64,000 bases of DNA, taken from contig JAAOMT010000076.1 in the NCBI GenBank assembly GCA_016748015.1, forward strand, positions 186,001-250,000, written 5' to 3'. Source of the DNA: Geosiphon pyriformis uo1. Lineage: Eukaryota; Fungi; Glomeromycota. A model generated the notes under the pieces. That model had not been told where the DNA came from and did no database searches. It worked only from the letters and a program-made list of their open reading frames with translations. Every line of letters starts with the position of its first letter. Position 1 is the stretch's first letter. The position numbers and the translations under genes were made by a program. Below are positions 49,483 through 64,000 of this stretch, in pieces.

Positions 49483-50439
49483 TTTTCTTATAATCAAACC
49501 GACTTGAAAAATCCAAATCTTGATTCCAGTGCGCATTATCTACATTACATTGTCGTTTCTTCTTTTGAATCAGTAATCGCTTACCTCGAATCAGGAGCCG
49601 ATGATAATATTAATACATGTCCATTTAAAGACTCATTCTTTCCAAAATATTGTCGTCAGAAAAATTCATCTTTGGATGGGATTGGTTAGGCTGAAGAAAA
49701 AAGTTTCGAAGAATGGATACTTTGTATATATTGTTGGCTGGGGATTGAAAAAACTTTTGATATGACGACATTGGTGTGGGTACTTGTATGGATATCCACT
49801 TAAACCAATATAAAACATAACAATTCTTATGTAATCAGATTCGACCTGTTTCTTAAAACGCACAAGCCAAACGCTATGCAACCCTTTTTGGACTTTCGAT
49901 TTGGAATCAAGTTTATTTTCTCGGGATCTAGACCATGTCTCGATTTACAGGGAGTCCGAAATTTGACAAAAAATAATTTTGAATTTAGCAAAAATAATTT
50001 TTTTAGATGACCAATTCGAATTTTCGGAATTTTAAAAAATAAAAAAATTTTCATTTTCTTTAAATGGACATTTTTAAAATTTTTATCTGGTTATCCAATC
50101 ACATCGCGTTCCGAGCGCTGATCAATCTAGGAAAAATAAAAAATAACTTTGTCTTTTCATGGTAAGCCTGGTTGTAACGTTACTTAAATGCATTAAAATT
50201 AAAAAGATGATAATCCGCAAAACATGAAACCTTGATTTATGAGATGCAGGCATTGCATGGCATTGAAAAAAAGGAAAGATCACCTATATTTCAAGGTGTG
50301 TTTTGATTATATGCCTGATATTACAGATACCCCGCTAATCGAAATGTGATATTCCGCTAATCGAAAGAACTATGAAAAAAATATTGAGGTTCAATAAGGT
50401 ATTCAATTGGGTTCTACTTTTTTGGGAAAACTAAAAAGG

Positions 50440-50579
50440 ATATCTCTGAAAACTTTTTTACAAATATTGTGTCCACATTTTAAGTTTGATCAATATGAAA
50501 AGAAGAAAAAGAATATCTCTGAAAACTTTTTTACAAATATTGTGTCCATCTTTTAGGTTTGATCAATATGAAAAGAAGA
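50440..50579. repeat. Tandem duplication, 73-bp period, 2 copies
   Basis: atatctctgaaaacttttttacaaatattgtgtcca...tttgatcaatatgaaaagaaga at 50440 and 50513. Confidence 0.92.
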
Positions 50580-51034
50580 TTGCTAGGTTAGAAATGATTG
50601 AGAAAGATAATTGCCAATTTTTCATCTCTTATTTATTCCCTCTATCAAATTTATGATAAACTTTAGCTTTGAAATCTATTGAACAAAAATTGGGAAACTA
50701 TGAAGTTTTTTTGCTTTTTCAAGAACTTTCTGATGATGACCTTTTTTTTATGGATTTTTATTTTCGAAAATTCCTAATTGGGCATGAAATAAAATTTCAA
50801 ATTCACAAATGAAATTTTAGATTTAAAAAATTCCCGGATAGTGAACACCTAAACCTAAAATTCTATCGATACCAAATATCTGGATTTACTGATTAACCTG
50901 CAACAGATAAGTTTTCAATGTCGCGTTTAATATTCAAAAATAATTCCCATGTGATTAGGATTTGTTTGGAAGATCAAAGATTTCTTTTTCTTTTTAGATA
51001 AGATGAACGAGGAAGATTTTTACCTCTGAGGTTG

Positions 51035-51362
<328 letters not shown>

Positions 51363-54300
51363 AAATCAAAAGTTGCCAATTAAGTTTTATTTGTTATCGT
51401 TTTAATGAAAGAATAAATCCGTTAATCGATATTTCAATGACATTAATAGAATATTAATCACCTCTTTTGGGGGGAATCATTCAATTTTCAAGGGACTTTT
51501 TCCCCTTATAGATGAGCAATAATAAACGAGTCAACTCAAACCACCAAATTGATATTGGAAAAAATTTTGGTTCCTCCGAAGCATGACCCCAAAATTAAAA
51601 GCAAAGTTTTATCACTTTGGGTGAATATCACTTTATTATCACAAAATGAAATCAAAACAAGTTTTTCCTTTTGAACGACTAACTAATCCTTTTTCGATTC
51701 CGCATATAATCTAGAACCGTTAAATCTTGTTTTTCTTTAGCCTTTCAATAAATCAAAATTCTCTTGTGTTTGACAATTGAATTTATTTACCCCACCACTA
51801 TTATAACCATATATGGAGTTTGCTTTGAGGACAATGGTATCAAAGAGGTAACGAGAAAGAGAGTAAAAGAATGTTATCTTGCATCATATGCATGTAGCAA
51901 TTAGTGGTACAAACCCTCTTGGAGAAACATTTTGATGATCTTTTTTGAGTATTTCGAATTTTTTAGCACATGTAAGCAGTGTATCTCTCCCCTAACAAAA
52001 AATACTTGAGACTAGCAAGATTTGCATATATAGTAGCTTTAATTCTGTCCTGATAAGAATATTTGTGTAAATGTTTATAAGAATTTAAAAATCCATGATT
52101 CCATTTTTATGCAACCAATCGTTTCAATTATTGAATTTAAGCCGGGGAACAGGGTTAAAAAATGTTTAAAAGCAATTCAGACCAACAAAACATATTCCCA
52201 AAAATTTTTAGACTTTGTTTTCAAAAAAATCCTGTACATAAAAAAGCAGGTTTTTATGTAATCATTGCTTGGAGGAATAATTAGAACATCATTATATATA
52301 TATATGCAGTAATATGTCATGTTAAATGTAAGACAATCCAACTTTATTCTCGCTCTCTTTTAAAAAAAGAACTCGAGAGTTCAAACACCCAACAGTTTGT
52401 AGTGTATGTGTATGTGTGTATGTGTATATGTGTGTGTGTGTGTAACAGACTTAAAGGGTTATTAGTGAACTCTAAATTTGCGCATTCAGGCGTAAGGTAA
52501 CGTCATGCGATGCACCCATTAGCCCTATGTTATCTTTTTACAAAAAATTCAAAAATGCAGATTTTTTTTGGAAAGGATTTTTTTCACCATGCATTGATCA
52601 TGAGATTAAAAAGAGTGGAATTTTTTGCGAATAATATAATTCCAAATTGTTATGAAGATGTTTGAGTTTTTGCATTGTTTGAAATGAAACTCACTTCCAA
52701 ATTCATCATCCAGATGACTAGTTTTTTTGTTTTTTTTTAAATATTAAAAGTTCTTCCCCGCGAAGATCATTTTTCATGATGTATTTTTTATGCAAGTAAA
52801 AAAATGCTCAAATTGAAATTTTAAAACAATTTTAATTTATCATTTTCATGACTTCATAAGTATCTAATATAGTTTTTTGTATGAACAAAACATTTTTAAA
52901 TTTTTTTTTTCATTGTGGAGTTATATTAAATATGTCATAATTACAAACCATTTTTTTTTAGGCGATTAATAGTCAGAACAAAGGTTTTTTTATTCCTATT
53001 CTTAACCGAATGAGATCGAATTAAAGCAAAAGCAATTAAGAGCATTGATGCATGCTGAAAAGCCCTTAGAATGAATGAATGAATGAAATGTAAAAAAGGG
53101 TGAATGTGTTTCATTGATGACATTTTTTTAAAAAAAAATTTCCATCAAATAAACTATAAATATATATAATACGAAATAAAAAAGTTTACAAAAATAAATT
53201 GGGATATATATAAAAAGATTTGAACAATTTAGCCACAACAATGATTTATCTCTAAAAAATGTCCAATTTGTGAATGAAATCAACGATTTCATACGTTTTT
53301 TAAGTTTCACAACTTTTCCTATTAACCTTTTAAACACATAATTTTTCTCAATTTAGTCCAGTTCAAAGATTTTTTTATTTTTTTTACATATATCAACTAT
53401 CTTTCTATGACAATACTTTTTGTTACTAATTTACAGTTTGTTTTGACAAATATTTCACGATTATACATTTAAAGCTTGTGCAAGCAATAATATTTATTAA
53501 ATATTTCAAATGAAATGGTCATAAGTTTCGTTCAAAGAAAAGAAAATTAAAACAAATTCAAAATAAGAAATTGGACTCTTTTCCTTATTTGCCTCCAATT
53601 TATTTCAGCTAAAAAAGGATATATGATTGTCAGCTGGGATAGATCGTAGATATGCATGCAATTTTAGCCAATTAATGAAATGGGGACCTGTTTTTTTTCA
53701 CGGACTCCCAACGTAAGTTTACATAAGGTCAAATTAAAAAGAATTCTGAAAGAGTTCTTTTATTAAGTATTAAAGTTTATTGTTTGTGTCCAATAGAACA
53801 AACTGGACCGCAAAAAAGGCGCATAACAAAATATCTTGATTCATTCATTCATGCATATCAGAATCTTTTCTCTTTGGTTTAGGAATGGCCTCCGTACCGG
53901 AAAAATGTATTAATGGTTCTGGAGTAACGAAATTAGGAAATTTGACCATATTTTTTTTCTAGGGTTTTTTGAATTCGTAAAAATTTTCTGTTGACATTAT
54001 CAATGCAAATGTACTGTAAAGTGCATGCACTCCCTCCACAAAAATGAACATTAAGGTTTGATTAAAACCGAAAATTTTAAAATTTTTTAAATGAAATAAA
54101 GTTTTTACGCATACCCAAAATAAGAACCTGATAAGTGAACAAGCTAATCCTTTGAATTTTAATACTAAAAATATCTTATAAATACTTTTGAATTTGTTAT
54201 TAAAACTTTTGAGACGAAAAAAGATCGCAATTTCCGATATTGACCTCGGGAAAATCAGTGTCAAAAGAATTGGCTAATTTAAAACTATTTTCCGAAAGGT

Positions 54301-57300
54301 TTATTCCAATTAGAATTTTAGCACAAATAAAACAGAAATAAACATAAATAGACATATATATAAATATAAACAAATATAAAATGTTTTAGAATTTTGAATT
54401 GAATTATTCCCAGCATTTTTTGTGATAAAATGGATTCTTGGATAATTTATAAACTAAAAAAATCTTTTTCCCAGCCAATCAATAACTTTCTTGAAATTTC
54501 TTTTTAGAATTTTGTGTTTTTCAAGCATTTTATGCACAATAAAAGTGTTAAAATTTTTTTGTTTTGTAAAAACTATTTAATTAAAAGTTTTTTACTTTTA
54601 GAAAGCTACAAAAGAAGATATTTCACCAATTAAAAAAGCCTAATTGTGAATAATCAATAAATTAATATGTTATTGAAAATCTTTAGTTAAAGTTATATTT
54701 AAAAAAATTAACAAACAATAAATTATCATAGGATAAAACTTTATCCAGAAAAATATGAAACTTATATTTTAACAATTATATAAAACCTAATTATTAGTTT
54801 AAATAAATTTGAAATTGGCAACCTTTTAAGAATATCTTCTAGCAAAATCCTTTTTTTCTCTATATCTTGAGATATCCCATGTATTTTTGGAGCACTTTTA
54901 AAGTGATGAAAAAATTCTTGATTGTCCATTTAAACAAATGTTTTTATTCCTTTCTTTTGACATTTTGTCTCAATAAATTCAATTGTAAAAATCTTTTTTC
55001 TATGCAAAAGCTTCTCGAAGTCGGGTTTACTTTCTTAATTTTAAACTTTTCATTGAGTAGCTTCTGATCGATTTAGAATTTCTTTCCTCTATTCCTTTTT
55101 TTTTGAATTTATTTGATTTAGATTTTTTGTTTCTAAAAAATAAAGCATGTCAAAGTTCAAGAAGCATCAGAAAATATGTACAGGTGTTGCAACCTAATCA
55201 AAACATACAGGTCAACATTACAATAAATTTTTCCTAGATTGTATCTGATTTGAGGATCACAAGCAAAAAAAATCCTTGGGGGTAATGTGCAACTGCCAAA
55301 GGTAACAATTTTTGGATTAATTAGGAGAATCTGATTTTTATTATTGAACTAGATCGGCGAAAAAATGTTTTATAGATCAGGAATCGTTAGAACAATCTTT
55401 ATCGATAAAATGTCTATCGAGAAATCAAACAAACATAAATCGGGAAAAAATTTCTTTTGGCGACATATATTTTTTTTAAAGCCCTTTGTCGCCTGCCTGC
55501 TTTCATTGGATTGGATAAAAAGATCTAAATAGAGACAAAACATACCCAAAACAATATCATGAAAGAAATAGTTTTTTACGTTAAAATACTTTGATCTCCC
55601 AAAAAAGAAGAATCCCAATTAGCCACTCTTATCTTTTAAAATAATCAACACATCTGAAATAAGATTAGGGCATTTAAATTAGAACCTTAAAAAGTTTACT
55701 ATCCAGGAATGAACCAAGCTTTTTTTATCAGTGATTGAGCTTTCTCATACTCAAAATGTGATTATGTTCTACTCTCTCAAAAGATCGAATGATCATTACA
55801 CAATATTTGTTTCTTCCAGAATTTAAAGACGGGAATGGGATGATCCTGCTAATTTACTCAATAAATGACCTTTTTTTCCATTTAAAAGAAAAAATATTGA
55901 ACCTATATATGGTTTAAGTTATTTGTGAAAGTCAGTTTTCTGGCAGTTTAATTGGTCCCTTTGAAAATTTATTTACACATTTCATGATTTACATATGAAA
56001 CGGATAAAAATTTTGATTGTTATTTTTATTTTTTTTCTGAAAAGAAAGACAAAAATGGTTGGGTGAAATTTTGAAATGAGACTTTAAAAAGCAATGTTTA
56101 TTAATTTAAATTATAATCAAGATTTATGATTTTTATTAAAGAAATTATGTTTTTTCATTATTTCTCGTTTTTTAAAAACTAAACCTAAAAGATTAAACTT
56201 ACAAGGATAAAAATCTGATTTGATTATTATGTGGTACTTTGAATGAATTTTCGAAAAAAATTTCAAAACTTATTTTACAAATATGATGTAAATACTTATT
56301 TTTTCATAAACATTTTATAATATAATTTTTGGGTTCTATGTAAGTTTAACTTTGGAGTTAAAAGTGAAAATTACAATTTACACATAAAAATATTAGCACT
56401 AATCAGTAATCAGGTTAGAATCTTTTTTTTTTTCTTTTAATTGGTTAAATATCGAAAATGCAAAGAAATTTCGAATTTTTAAAAACACTTGTTGAGAACA
56501 AAAATTATCTTGTTAGTTTGACAAATGCATGATTCTTTTGCTGTCACGAATAAGTACATGATTCTTTTACTGTTACGAGTAAGTACCTGTACTATGCTAC
56601 TTATGTACAACACTATAGCTAACTCTGACTATTTGATTATCAGAAATGATTTTATAATAAATCAATCGATCAGTCAATCAATCTATCAATCAATCTATCT
56701 ATCTATCTATCAGCCAGTTAGTCAGTCAATGAGATATTTGGACATAACAAAAAATATTTTTATTTAGATTTTTTGTTAATTTTAAAAAGATGTAAAATAA
56801 CTTAAAATCCTAAAAATACCCTAATTAATTTTTATGAAAAATTTTAATTTAAGTCAATAAAAGGAAAAGAATGGTATTGTAAATGATGAATTTTCACCTT
56901 TTAAAAAAAAATAGAAACATTTTCAAAATGTTATACTACCGTGTGAAATCCAAATGTTACGCAGAATAAGTTATCTAATTTCAAATGAAATGAAATGACC
57001 GCTTTTGTTTAATTCATAATGCTGATTTGAAATAAAGCACAGAAATAATTTATTTTCATTTTACAATGGGAAATTGAATCATGAAAACCCTTTTTGACTA
57101 TTAAAGAAATGTTATTTTGAAAAAAATATATCACCAAAAAGTGATTATTAAGATGAAAGAAAAAAGAGAAAAGGAAATATTTTTTGTGGATATATACATA
57201 TGCTATTATGTGTTTTTGAATTGTAATTATTTTCAATTGACAAATTTTCATAACAGTTACGTGTGAAAAATTGAAACTTTTTCTTAAATACATATACATA

Positions 57301-59877
57301 TAAGGGATTGTGGACAGGATAAATACTTGTCATTGTGGTATAAAGATTTGGTTGTTTTTTTGTTTTTTTTTGCAGAAGGAACATTTACCACTAGATAAGG
57401 TATTAAAGGAAATTGTTTTCGTGGGTTAGAATTTTAAAATTTCAATGATGTAGTTAATAAGTTTTCATGTTTAGCGAGCTGGTGACTTTTGTTTTTTTGT
57501 TTTTTTTTTTCTTCATCATGTAAAATAAAGGATCTGTGGGAATTGTGCGAAATAGTTTTTGGGAATTTTTCTATTACGCAATTGTTAAATAAACAGTTAA
57601 TCATAAAATTTTTTTAAAAAGGATTCAATCTCAAAAGAATTTGCTTGACTCTTGCAAACAATAATATACAAAAAAGAACGAAAGTGATTTAAAGTTGGAG
57701 CGTGCATTTAAATCCCAAATATAGAGAAAAGGCTTCAAAAATCAAATGTAAATATTTAAAAAACCATCGCATCTTTTGACTCAATAATTGGAAAAAAAAT
57801 CTCTTAAACACAAATAATATTCACAAAAGAACAATTGTATTTTTTTTTCTTCAAAAAAATAACAATGACAAGTGACCAGAAATTAGTAGATCAATCAATT
57901 TTCAACAAATACTGGGACCGTTTAGGCTTATTTCGCCCTTAAATAAGTTCTATTTACGAAACATGTTTCAGCAGCAAAAGTATCAAAATTTTTTTTGATT
58001 CATGAGATGTTTTATTTTCTTCACAACATGAACGGTAAAAAAGGACTGAATCTTGAGAGTTTGGTTGAAGGTCAAAGTCATTTTTACTTTGAACATTCAA
58101 AAAAGAATAATATTGATTGAAAAGGCTAAATTTCTTTGCTATTCAATCAACATTATTAACGCTTTCTTTGTTATGTTATGTTGTATATTGTGTATATGTA
58201 TAATTATGTTTACAATTGTTTTGTGACTATAAATTTTACCAAAATTTCCCTATCAATATCGGTTAACTTTGCCCCGACTCAACAGATCGACCACATGTCT
58301 TTACAATTTCATCATCAAAAACCGTTGCTATTCTATTCCTGTGTGCTCCGAAAAGCTAAAGTTTTTACCAATTATAGTAATATTAAATTGTGGAGGATAG
58401 GCAAAGCACTGACAAAAGAGGAAATCAAAAGATTGCTTCATGAACTTTGTAAACATGGATGATTTTATAACAAATATAATAAATAAACATTAAGAATTCA
58501 ATCAGGTCACTGGATTGAGTCTCGATTTGAAATCATTTTTGGTCGTACAAATTGAAACTTTTAGCAGGGGAGGTCCAATAAAAAAAAGAACAAAGAATAG
58601 GCTATTCTAGATTTATTATGTAAATATTATATATATGAATCCATTTAATTCAAAGTGTTTAGTTCAAATGAAAACTTATCCGAAAATTATTCATCACACC
58701 TTGCTAATAGTAACATTAAGTGATCATGTAAATAAGAATGCGTTCAATCAAACTTACTTACTTACTTCCCAAGCCTTTCATGCAAGAATCTGCTTTCGGC
58801 AGTCGATAAACCCGAAGATGGTTCATTCTAAATTTGTACTATTGAAAATAACCAAGAATATTTTAGAAAGTTAAAATTTCTACCTAAATCAATTATTCTT
58901 TTTTACCCAAAAAAACTCATGAATCCATCTCCCTCAAAAAAAAAAAACCTAAAATTGGCTCTGGAAAATCTCCCGGCTGATTTGATAAAGGCCCTGAAAT
59001 ATATAAACAAATGTTTTGGACCCCTTTTTTTCACATATCACAATTTTTGCTTGTAATAGATCACCAGTGAAAATCACCAATAAACCTTTTTCGACGGTTT
59101 GTTGTACACAATTTTTAAGCTTATCATTTATGACCAAGTGTTTTTGTCGATCTATACCAGAACTCATTGCCAGATATTGCTGCTAATCTCAACAACTTGC
59201 AAGGACAATCCCAACTGGTAACTTAATTAAGCTAGACTTTTAAATATTACAAATCCTAAGTCCAAAATAATAATCTCCCGTAATCCCCCGATTAGAATAA
59301 CAGCTTGTCTTAATGTAGGTAGGCGAATGTATCATTAACTTGCATTGATCATAGATAATGATTTTGATGATTTTGAGATTGAAAAATTTGATAGGATTTT
59401 CAAAAAATTTTTCTAGTCGTTGATTATCTTGAGGAATCTACACTCTTTTTCTAAAGGCGAAAAAATGCTTTAAGAATGTCAGCTGGTCATCCGATTTTAA
59501 ATGTAATACCTATTTTTGGCATATCTTTAAGGCCCTTTTGAAAAGTAAAGAGATGATGTTGTGTGCATTTTAAGCGACCACGGTGCAGAAGAAACTTGCT
59601 AATTTCAGGTTTATTACTATCCAACTTGATCATTGTCATTGAAATATATTTATATACATTCTTTTTTCTAATTAAATGAGAAAGTATTTTATATTGGCTG
59701 AAGATACAACACGATCAGGATAAGGTTTGATAACGAAATTTCTTTAGCTTGGTGTATCTTTTATTTTCATTACCAACATTGAAAACCTGACCCTTTTTCG
59801 GTGAAAGACTATCATTTTAAAAATCAAAATTGCTACAAAAACAATAAATTTCTTTATTATTTGGCAATTTTCCAGTC

Positions 59878-59916
<39 letters not shown>

Positions 59917-60281
59917 TAATTAAAAAAATAAAAGTGAAATTATCGAAATGTTGAATGTATTTTTTTTGTGCCGAAATAGAATTTCAAAAATTACCTGTAC
60001 TATGACCGAATCATAAAAACAACTGTATTCGCATAATAATTCAAATAAAAAGAGATTTCTTAATCTGTATTGAGGCAAGTCGGTTTCCTTTGTGATAGGT
60101 TTTTAAGGTAACATAAAGAGGTTTCTTTTTTGAATGAGTAAAATTTTTAAAAAAAATTATTTTATGGTAAATGAACAGAAAATTATTAATTGCCGAAAAA
60201 CTTTATTTAAAAATAAATTTAGATTTCATTAAAAGTAATTAATTAAATCAAATTTTAAATCGTTATTGATCTGATGAGATA

Positions 60282-60318
<37 letters not shown>

Positions 60319-61136
60319 TAATACATAAACCTATTAAAAATATAATTACAATTTAAAATATATATATATATCTTTCTTAATTAAATTTTGCAAATAGCTT
60401 ACAAGTTTTTTAACAAAAAATTTTTATGATAAAAATATCATTTGAATTGTTACTAGAATTTTAAGATATTTTGTTAATATAATGATTAGATGTTAATTAT
60501 TATTTTACAAGCAACTAAGATAAAACAAAAAAATTAGTAGTTTTTGAGTACAAATAATAAATAAATTTTACATGTTGAATTGATTATTAAAAATTAAAAC
60601 ACTATTAACAACACAAAAAAATAATTAATAAGTAAAATTGATTGTTGAAAGTTTTTTTTAATTGGAAAAAAAATAACAAATTTTTATTTTTATCATTATT
60701 ATTCATGATGTTGCAATGTATACTTTTTATATATGATTAAATCTTAAAATTTAAAAAAATAAAATAATTATGTTTATATATATATATATTTAAATTGAAA
60801 AACTTGAAAAATATATTCAGATTAATTCTCAATTTAACTCTTTTTAACTTATAACATGTAAAAAAAATTAGTAATTTTTAAATTAGTTTAATTAATATTG
60901 TTAATAAAATTTATATATAACATAAATTTTAATATATAATTCTTTTTTAATAAGTTTTAATATTGTTGTGATATTAATAAATAATTTTACAATATAATGT
61001 ACAAATATGGTAACTTAAAGTCTAAAATAATTTTTTTTTTAACAATTATGTTGATTATTACAATTATTTCATTTGTTTATCATTTTGTAAAATTTAATCA
61101 CTTTTTTTAACTCTCAATTATTTTTTAAAAAAACAA

Positions 61137-61223
<87 letters not shown>

Positions 61224-64000
61224 CTATTGTTATTTTCAAATATATTTTTGTGACTTGAATTATTTTTGTCCAATTATTAAAAGTTTATTTCAACATAATT
61301 TTGAAGTCAATATTATTTGATTTGACGAATGAAATGGAATGGAAAAAATAAAGAAAATATTTTTCGGAATTTTCTTTTCTAAACTTTTAAAAATTATAAT
61401 TAAAAGAAAATAAATTTTTAACTTGTTCTTTGGATTTACTCCTTATGCCCAAGTATGAAGAAATTGATTCTGATTACCCTCAAATTTTTCATGAGAATCT
61501 AGTCAATTACCGTCGTAAGGTTAGGGTTCATCGCGAACAAAATTGTTATATTTCATCAATTAACATTAGATTCTTACACGAAAGTCAAACCTCTTGAAAA
61601 GATGTAATTTAGAGCAATTTAATTGGTAGATCTACCAAGAGGGCCACAAAAGAGATCCTAGATTGATTAGATTAGCAATAATGTATAAAAAATTGCAAAG
61701 AAAAAAATGTTAAAAAGACTTTCATCATTAAAGGTATGTGTTAAATTTTGCTCGTTAATATGGCTACTCCAACCTTCCCAAAAGTTTATTAAATTTATTA
61801 AACTTTATAAAATTATCATCTCTCTAGTTTTTTTTAGATGATTTACTACAGCAACAGCACACTCCTTAGGATCTCGTTCCAAGTGATTATTTCAAAGTGA
61901 GGCAGACAGGCAGGCAGGCGATTTTTTTTTTTCATTCTCAACACAAAAATAGATATAGCCTAACGATGAAAATTAAAAAAGATAATAATCGTGTTGGCCA
62001 AATGTGGGATAAAAATAAAAATAAAAATTCTTCTCCCATTGCATTCAAGAACTGACAGGTTTTTTGTTTGGTAGATAAAAAATGTACTAACGGCAATTAT
62101 TCTTTTATTTTAAATATATAGTGAACCCAGAATTTTAAGCTTTGAAGATAAGACAAAAAAAGAAATTGTTTTCGTGGGTCTAAAACCTTAAATTTCGAAA
62201 ATCAGTTAAATCAATTATTCTTGCAAAGTACCTTAAAATTTGACCGGCAAATATGTAATATAATTTTAGGGTTCAAGCTTTTTAGCGATCAGAAATAATA
62301 ATTTATCAAGTAATATCTCAAATAATATGGAAAAAGTTTTCTATTCCCAACTTTTATTATTCCGGGATACCTTTTGTTAAAGTGTGAGGGATCGAGTAGT
62401 CCTTGACTATTGTGCCATATGGATAAAATGAGGGATCTGATACGATAAACTTATTTGGAAAAAAGTTTGATAATGAAGGAAGGATAATTTCGGATGATAA
62501 AGTGAAGGAAAAAATATCAAATAAAATTGCTATAGTTATTTACGACCAATCGTTGTATGATTGTTTTTTTTTTATAGCTTAATTACATATTTACAATCAA
62601 TCTCATTTGGACAATAAAAATTTCTGAATGCTGAATTTTTTATGAATATTTCGATTTATTTATTCTCAATTTTCTCCGTAAAAATTTTCTGATTTTTAAA
62701 TATGTTTCAGAAAAGATTTCATAAAAACTATTCAATTTAGAGTCGGTGTTTCTGTTGATTACATGATCATTAGCCAAAGAAATGAGAACTCGGGTAGGCA
62801 ATAAAATTAGTTTCTATTTTTAAAAGTATTTTTATTTAAAATCTAGTAAACTGAAAAAGAGTCAATAAAATCTTAAATGAATTTTTAATTCACTTAATTA
62901 TTTACCTAATAAGATTGTCTCTCTCTTTTTATAAGTATAGAAAATTAAAAATAAAGTGCTTCGTGACTAAAATTTCATATCACTTGATGAGTTAGGTTTG
63001 ACAAAAATCTAAGGCGATCAAAAATTTACAGCAGTTTTCAATATCATCAGATTGTTTTTTAATATATTGTTAATGACTATAACATCGATCAAAATAAAGA
63101 AGGATTTTTCAAAATATTCTATATGAGTTATAATTTTTAGAAAGCCAAAGAATATAGATAGTAAAATTTTATTCAAATGTAAACTAATCTTAAATTAATT
63201 ATATAATTTACCTAAAATAAATAAAAGAATTATTAAAAGTTCATTTATCTTCACCATCTTCGGATTTTCTCAAGGGTTCAAATTTGTATATTGATCAATT
63301 TTATTAGGGTTACTTTGAAATGATTAACTTACATTTGAGGTTCATTTATACCAAAATATATATTAGAAAACTAACATATCCTTCTTTTTTAAACCTTTAA
63401 CTAAGTTCAACGATTCCTTTTAATCTAAACTTGTAATATTTATATTATATTATAGAACATGAAATTCTATTTTATCAGAAAAGTAAGAATACGAATTTAA
63501 ACCCTATTTTTCCATCATCACATCATATTTTCATAGAACTTTCTCCAAGAGTTACTTTGGTAGTTATTTTTAAAGCTTTGTTACACAATGTTAAAATTCA
63601 TTAACATATCTTCTAAATCTGTAGAACTGGATTTCAGATAGCAAGGAACCAATAAATGATAATCCCGTTCATTAACCTAATGAGGGTAGGATTTGATTGT
63701 TATGCCAGGTTTCACGATTGCTTAATTGACATTATCATTTTGCTGTAACCCCCAAATCAAGTATCCCAAAAGAATGAATGAGAAATAGTAATTGACTCGA
63801 ATTAGAAGTAATACAGAAAATTGTAACTCTCTTTTTAATCGGAAAAAATTTAAAAAGTTTTTGGAAAACTCCCCAATTATTATATTTACTATCAAAAAAC
63901 TACTATCTGGATTTTTCTATATTTGTTCAACTCATTTTGATTGAACTTTTTAATATGAGTTCTGTTTTTTGGTTATATCCTAAATTTCATTTTTAAAAAA

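Noticed and set aside
61519-61528. ggttagggtt telomere-like motif
   Set aside because: Under two units; chance occurrence.
58178-63900. Short ORFs/coding-looking patches (58178-58462, 58949-59167, 61445-61597, 62330-62570)
   Set aside because: No recognisable motifs, and they are short or interrupted; they cannot be supported without a homology search.

Overview
Very AT-rich, microsatellite-rich, gene-sparse eukaryotic (fungal) DNA with spliceosomal introns. The gene families present (BTB-BACK-TLDc relic, WIPW-type kinase relic, fungal CSL) fit an early-diverging fungus, most likely an arbuscular mycorrhizal fungus (Glomeromycotina); this is inference. The left 25 kb is a gene birth-and-death patch. 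It holds a decayed hAT transposase, four DUF4419-family copies (one intact at 8677-9735, two full-length pseudogenes, one short fragment) set in inverted and direct segmental duplications with mosaic identity, and a complete but frameshifted Tc1 (DD34E) element whose empty site survives in the paralogous copies. It also holds kinase and BTB-BACK-TLDc pseudogenes, an intact 4-exon YjbQ/UPF0047 gene missed by the ORF track, and an intronless 244-aa orphan ORF with an N-terminal membrane anchor. The right 39 kb contains one recognisable gene: a 4-exon, ~1320-aa CSL (CBF1/Su(H)/LAG-1) transcription factor (43625->39340). It has an ~780-aa Q/S-rich N-terminus and appears to stop right after the beta-trefoil domain, with no C-terminal Ig-like domain. 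It is flanked by ~14 kb and >20 kb without recognisable genes. Two assembly gaps abut long homopolymers.
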